NCBI RefSeq assembly: GCF_006345805.1
Contig: NW_021823855.1
Span: 1 to 21,571, forward strand
Reading direction: 5' to 3'
DNA length: 21,571 nt
Source of the DNA: Octopus sinensis
Taxonomy: Eukaryota
This document shows, piece after piece, positions 19,981-21,571 of this stretch. The stretch's first letter is position 1; the number at the start of each line of letters is the position of its first letter. The notes beneath the pieces are model-generated. The model did no database searches. It was given only the letters and a program-made list of their open reading frames with translations, and was not told the origin of the DNA. Position numbers and translations under genes: made by a program.

Positions 19981-20770
19981 GGTGGTGGGAAGAGGCAGAA
20001 ATGGTAGCGTGTGTTAAAATAAAATAGTTGCCAGTCATATCTCTTTATAAGTAGAAGTTCTATTATGGTGAGTGTTGTGCCAAAAGTTGGCAAGATTTCA
20101 TGGCTCTTTAATATCACTTTTTGAAATTACGTCGGGGATCGGCTCTAACAAACTTGTCGTCATTTCGGGTTTGATTTTAAAATGTAACAGTTAACTACTT
20201 GAATTGATTTAATCATCTACAAGATCTATTCTTCTGTGCCAATTATTTTGAATCCTTAAGGATCGGGGAAATCGACTGTACACCTCCGCTGTCTATATAA
20301 AATATTACCGTTGTTATTGCTTCTTTCGTTTGTATAATCATAACTATCGTTGCTGTCATCATTATTCATTTTGAATATAGATGTATGGAGGCTGAAAAAT
20401 TCAGTACTTACGTAGAATATGTCTGCGGAATGTGTAAGAAAGTCTGAAAAAGCCTAAAAGTGTGAGCTGTGAAAGACAAAATACACCGAGTTGCTAAGAC
20501 GAAAGGATTGGTATTTTAAATGGACGACATATTGGATGAAAATGTCCCGTAGTGTACTGGCAGGAGCTAAGGTATTTAGGCTGTTATAGACAGAATCCAA
20601 AAAGGAAATTGTGAAGTCTAGTGATTTTCGGAGAGGCGTTCTTTATATGCCCTTCTGCAAATCTGTCCTGTCACTGCTAGACTTTGATAGGATAGCGTAA
20701 TAAAGCGTATCTTAAACCGGTGATAAGAAGGGAGGAGGAAGAGAGGAGGAGAAGAGGGGGGGAGGAGGAG

Positions 20771-20970
20771 AGCTAGAGCGTCGAAAAAAATGCCTTGCAA
20801 TTTATTTCTTCTGGATCTTTACGTTCCCGAGTTCAAATTTCGCCGAGTCAACTTTACCTTTTATCCCTCCAAAGTTGATAAAATAAAGTACCAACCATGT
20901 ACAGCGATGGATAGAGCATGATTAACCTTTTCTTCTCACAAACTGTTTGCATTGTGCCTAAATCAAAACC
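20771..20970 (+). mobile_element. Degenerate SINE of the 19117-type subfamily
   Basis: It reads TTACGTTCCCGAGTTCAAATTTCGCCGAG...GTTGATAAAATAAAGTACC...TTGTGCCTAAATCAAAACC then ATT/GTT. Confidence 0.7.
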
Positions 20971-21176
20971 ATTATTGTTGTTGTTGTTGTTGTTGCTGTT
21001 ATTATATTATTTGATTATTATCATTATTATTATAATTGTTGTTGTTGTTGTTATTATTATTATCATTACTGGATTAGCAGAATTTTTAGATCGTCAAAAA
21101 ATGTGCTTTGCGGTTTGATTTTCTGAGTTTAAATCTACCCGAAGTCAAATTGGCCTGTGTTCGTATGTGAGAAATT

Positions 21177-21214
21177 ACTATTATTATTATTATTATTATT
21201 ATTTATTGCTACTG

Positions 21215-21251
<37 letters not shown>

Positions 21252-21318
21252 TACTACTACTACTATTATTATTATTATTATTGTTATTATTATTATTATT
21301 ATGTTATTATCATTATTA
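21177..21318. repeat. (ATT)n/(ACT)n compound microsatellite
   Basis: Seen directly in the sequence. Confidence 0.9.
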
Positions 21319-21571
21319 CTTTTGGATTGCATGTACCGCATTCCTGCCATATTACTTAAGGATTCTTTCCCTCCAATCTTGTTTTGTTCGCTGTAAATTT
21401 GCTGTGTAAATAAAAATAGCCAATACTCTCATTTGATGAGAGATGAAACTAAAACTCAAGTTACTTTCCTTTCTAAATAAAACATTGCAAAATAAAGCAT
21501 GATAAATATCTACACCCAGCTGATGAGATGAAGATATGAAGGAACCGTCCGACTAAAAAAGAGCTGAATTT

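Noticed and set aside
20728-20772. Purine-rich G-run tract as a G-quadruplex or triplex element
   Set aside because: The G-runs are mostly two bases long and such low-complexity tracts are common here; nothing supports a function.
2292-21409. Numerous ORFs rich in IY, CV, HT, poly-I, poly-N, poly-L or poly-Y
   Set aside because: They are translations of (AT)n, (GT)n and (AAT)n microsatellites that happen to lack stops in some frames.

Overview
Eukaryotic, AT-rich, microsatellite-dense genomic DNA. The repeat families and microsatellite load point to a coleoid cephalopod, probably Octopus (inference from recalled repeat sequences; not database-checked). The only convincing host coding sequence is one 1068-bp exon (12577-13644, +). 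It encodes S1-S6, the pore (TVGYGD) and the C-terminus of a Shaw/Kv3-family voltage-gated K+ channel. The T1-domain exon is not in the window, so 1-12576 is most likely one long intron and 13645 onward is 3'UTR/downstream sequence. The channel is atypical: the S6 gate reads TIPVIS instead of PVPVIV, S4 has Phe at R1 and His at K5 (a CAT codon, A-to-I editable to Arg), and both S4-S5 linker glycines are lost. These features suggest a regulatory ('silent') or otherwise non-canonical subunit. The rest of the window is tRNA-derived SINEs, decayed RLE-type (R4/Dong-like) LINE fragments, a Tx1/L1-like LINE fragment, a ~560-bp non-coding retroelement in two inverted copies, a near-perfect 97-bp hairpin, a ~130-bp fold-back, a 584-bp tandem duplication and many simple repeats. 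Most retroelements lie in AAT/ATT tracts with family-specific strand polarity. Almost all other ORFs in the supplied track are microsatellite translations.
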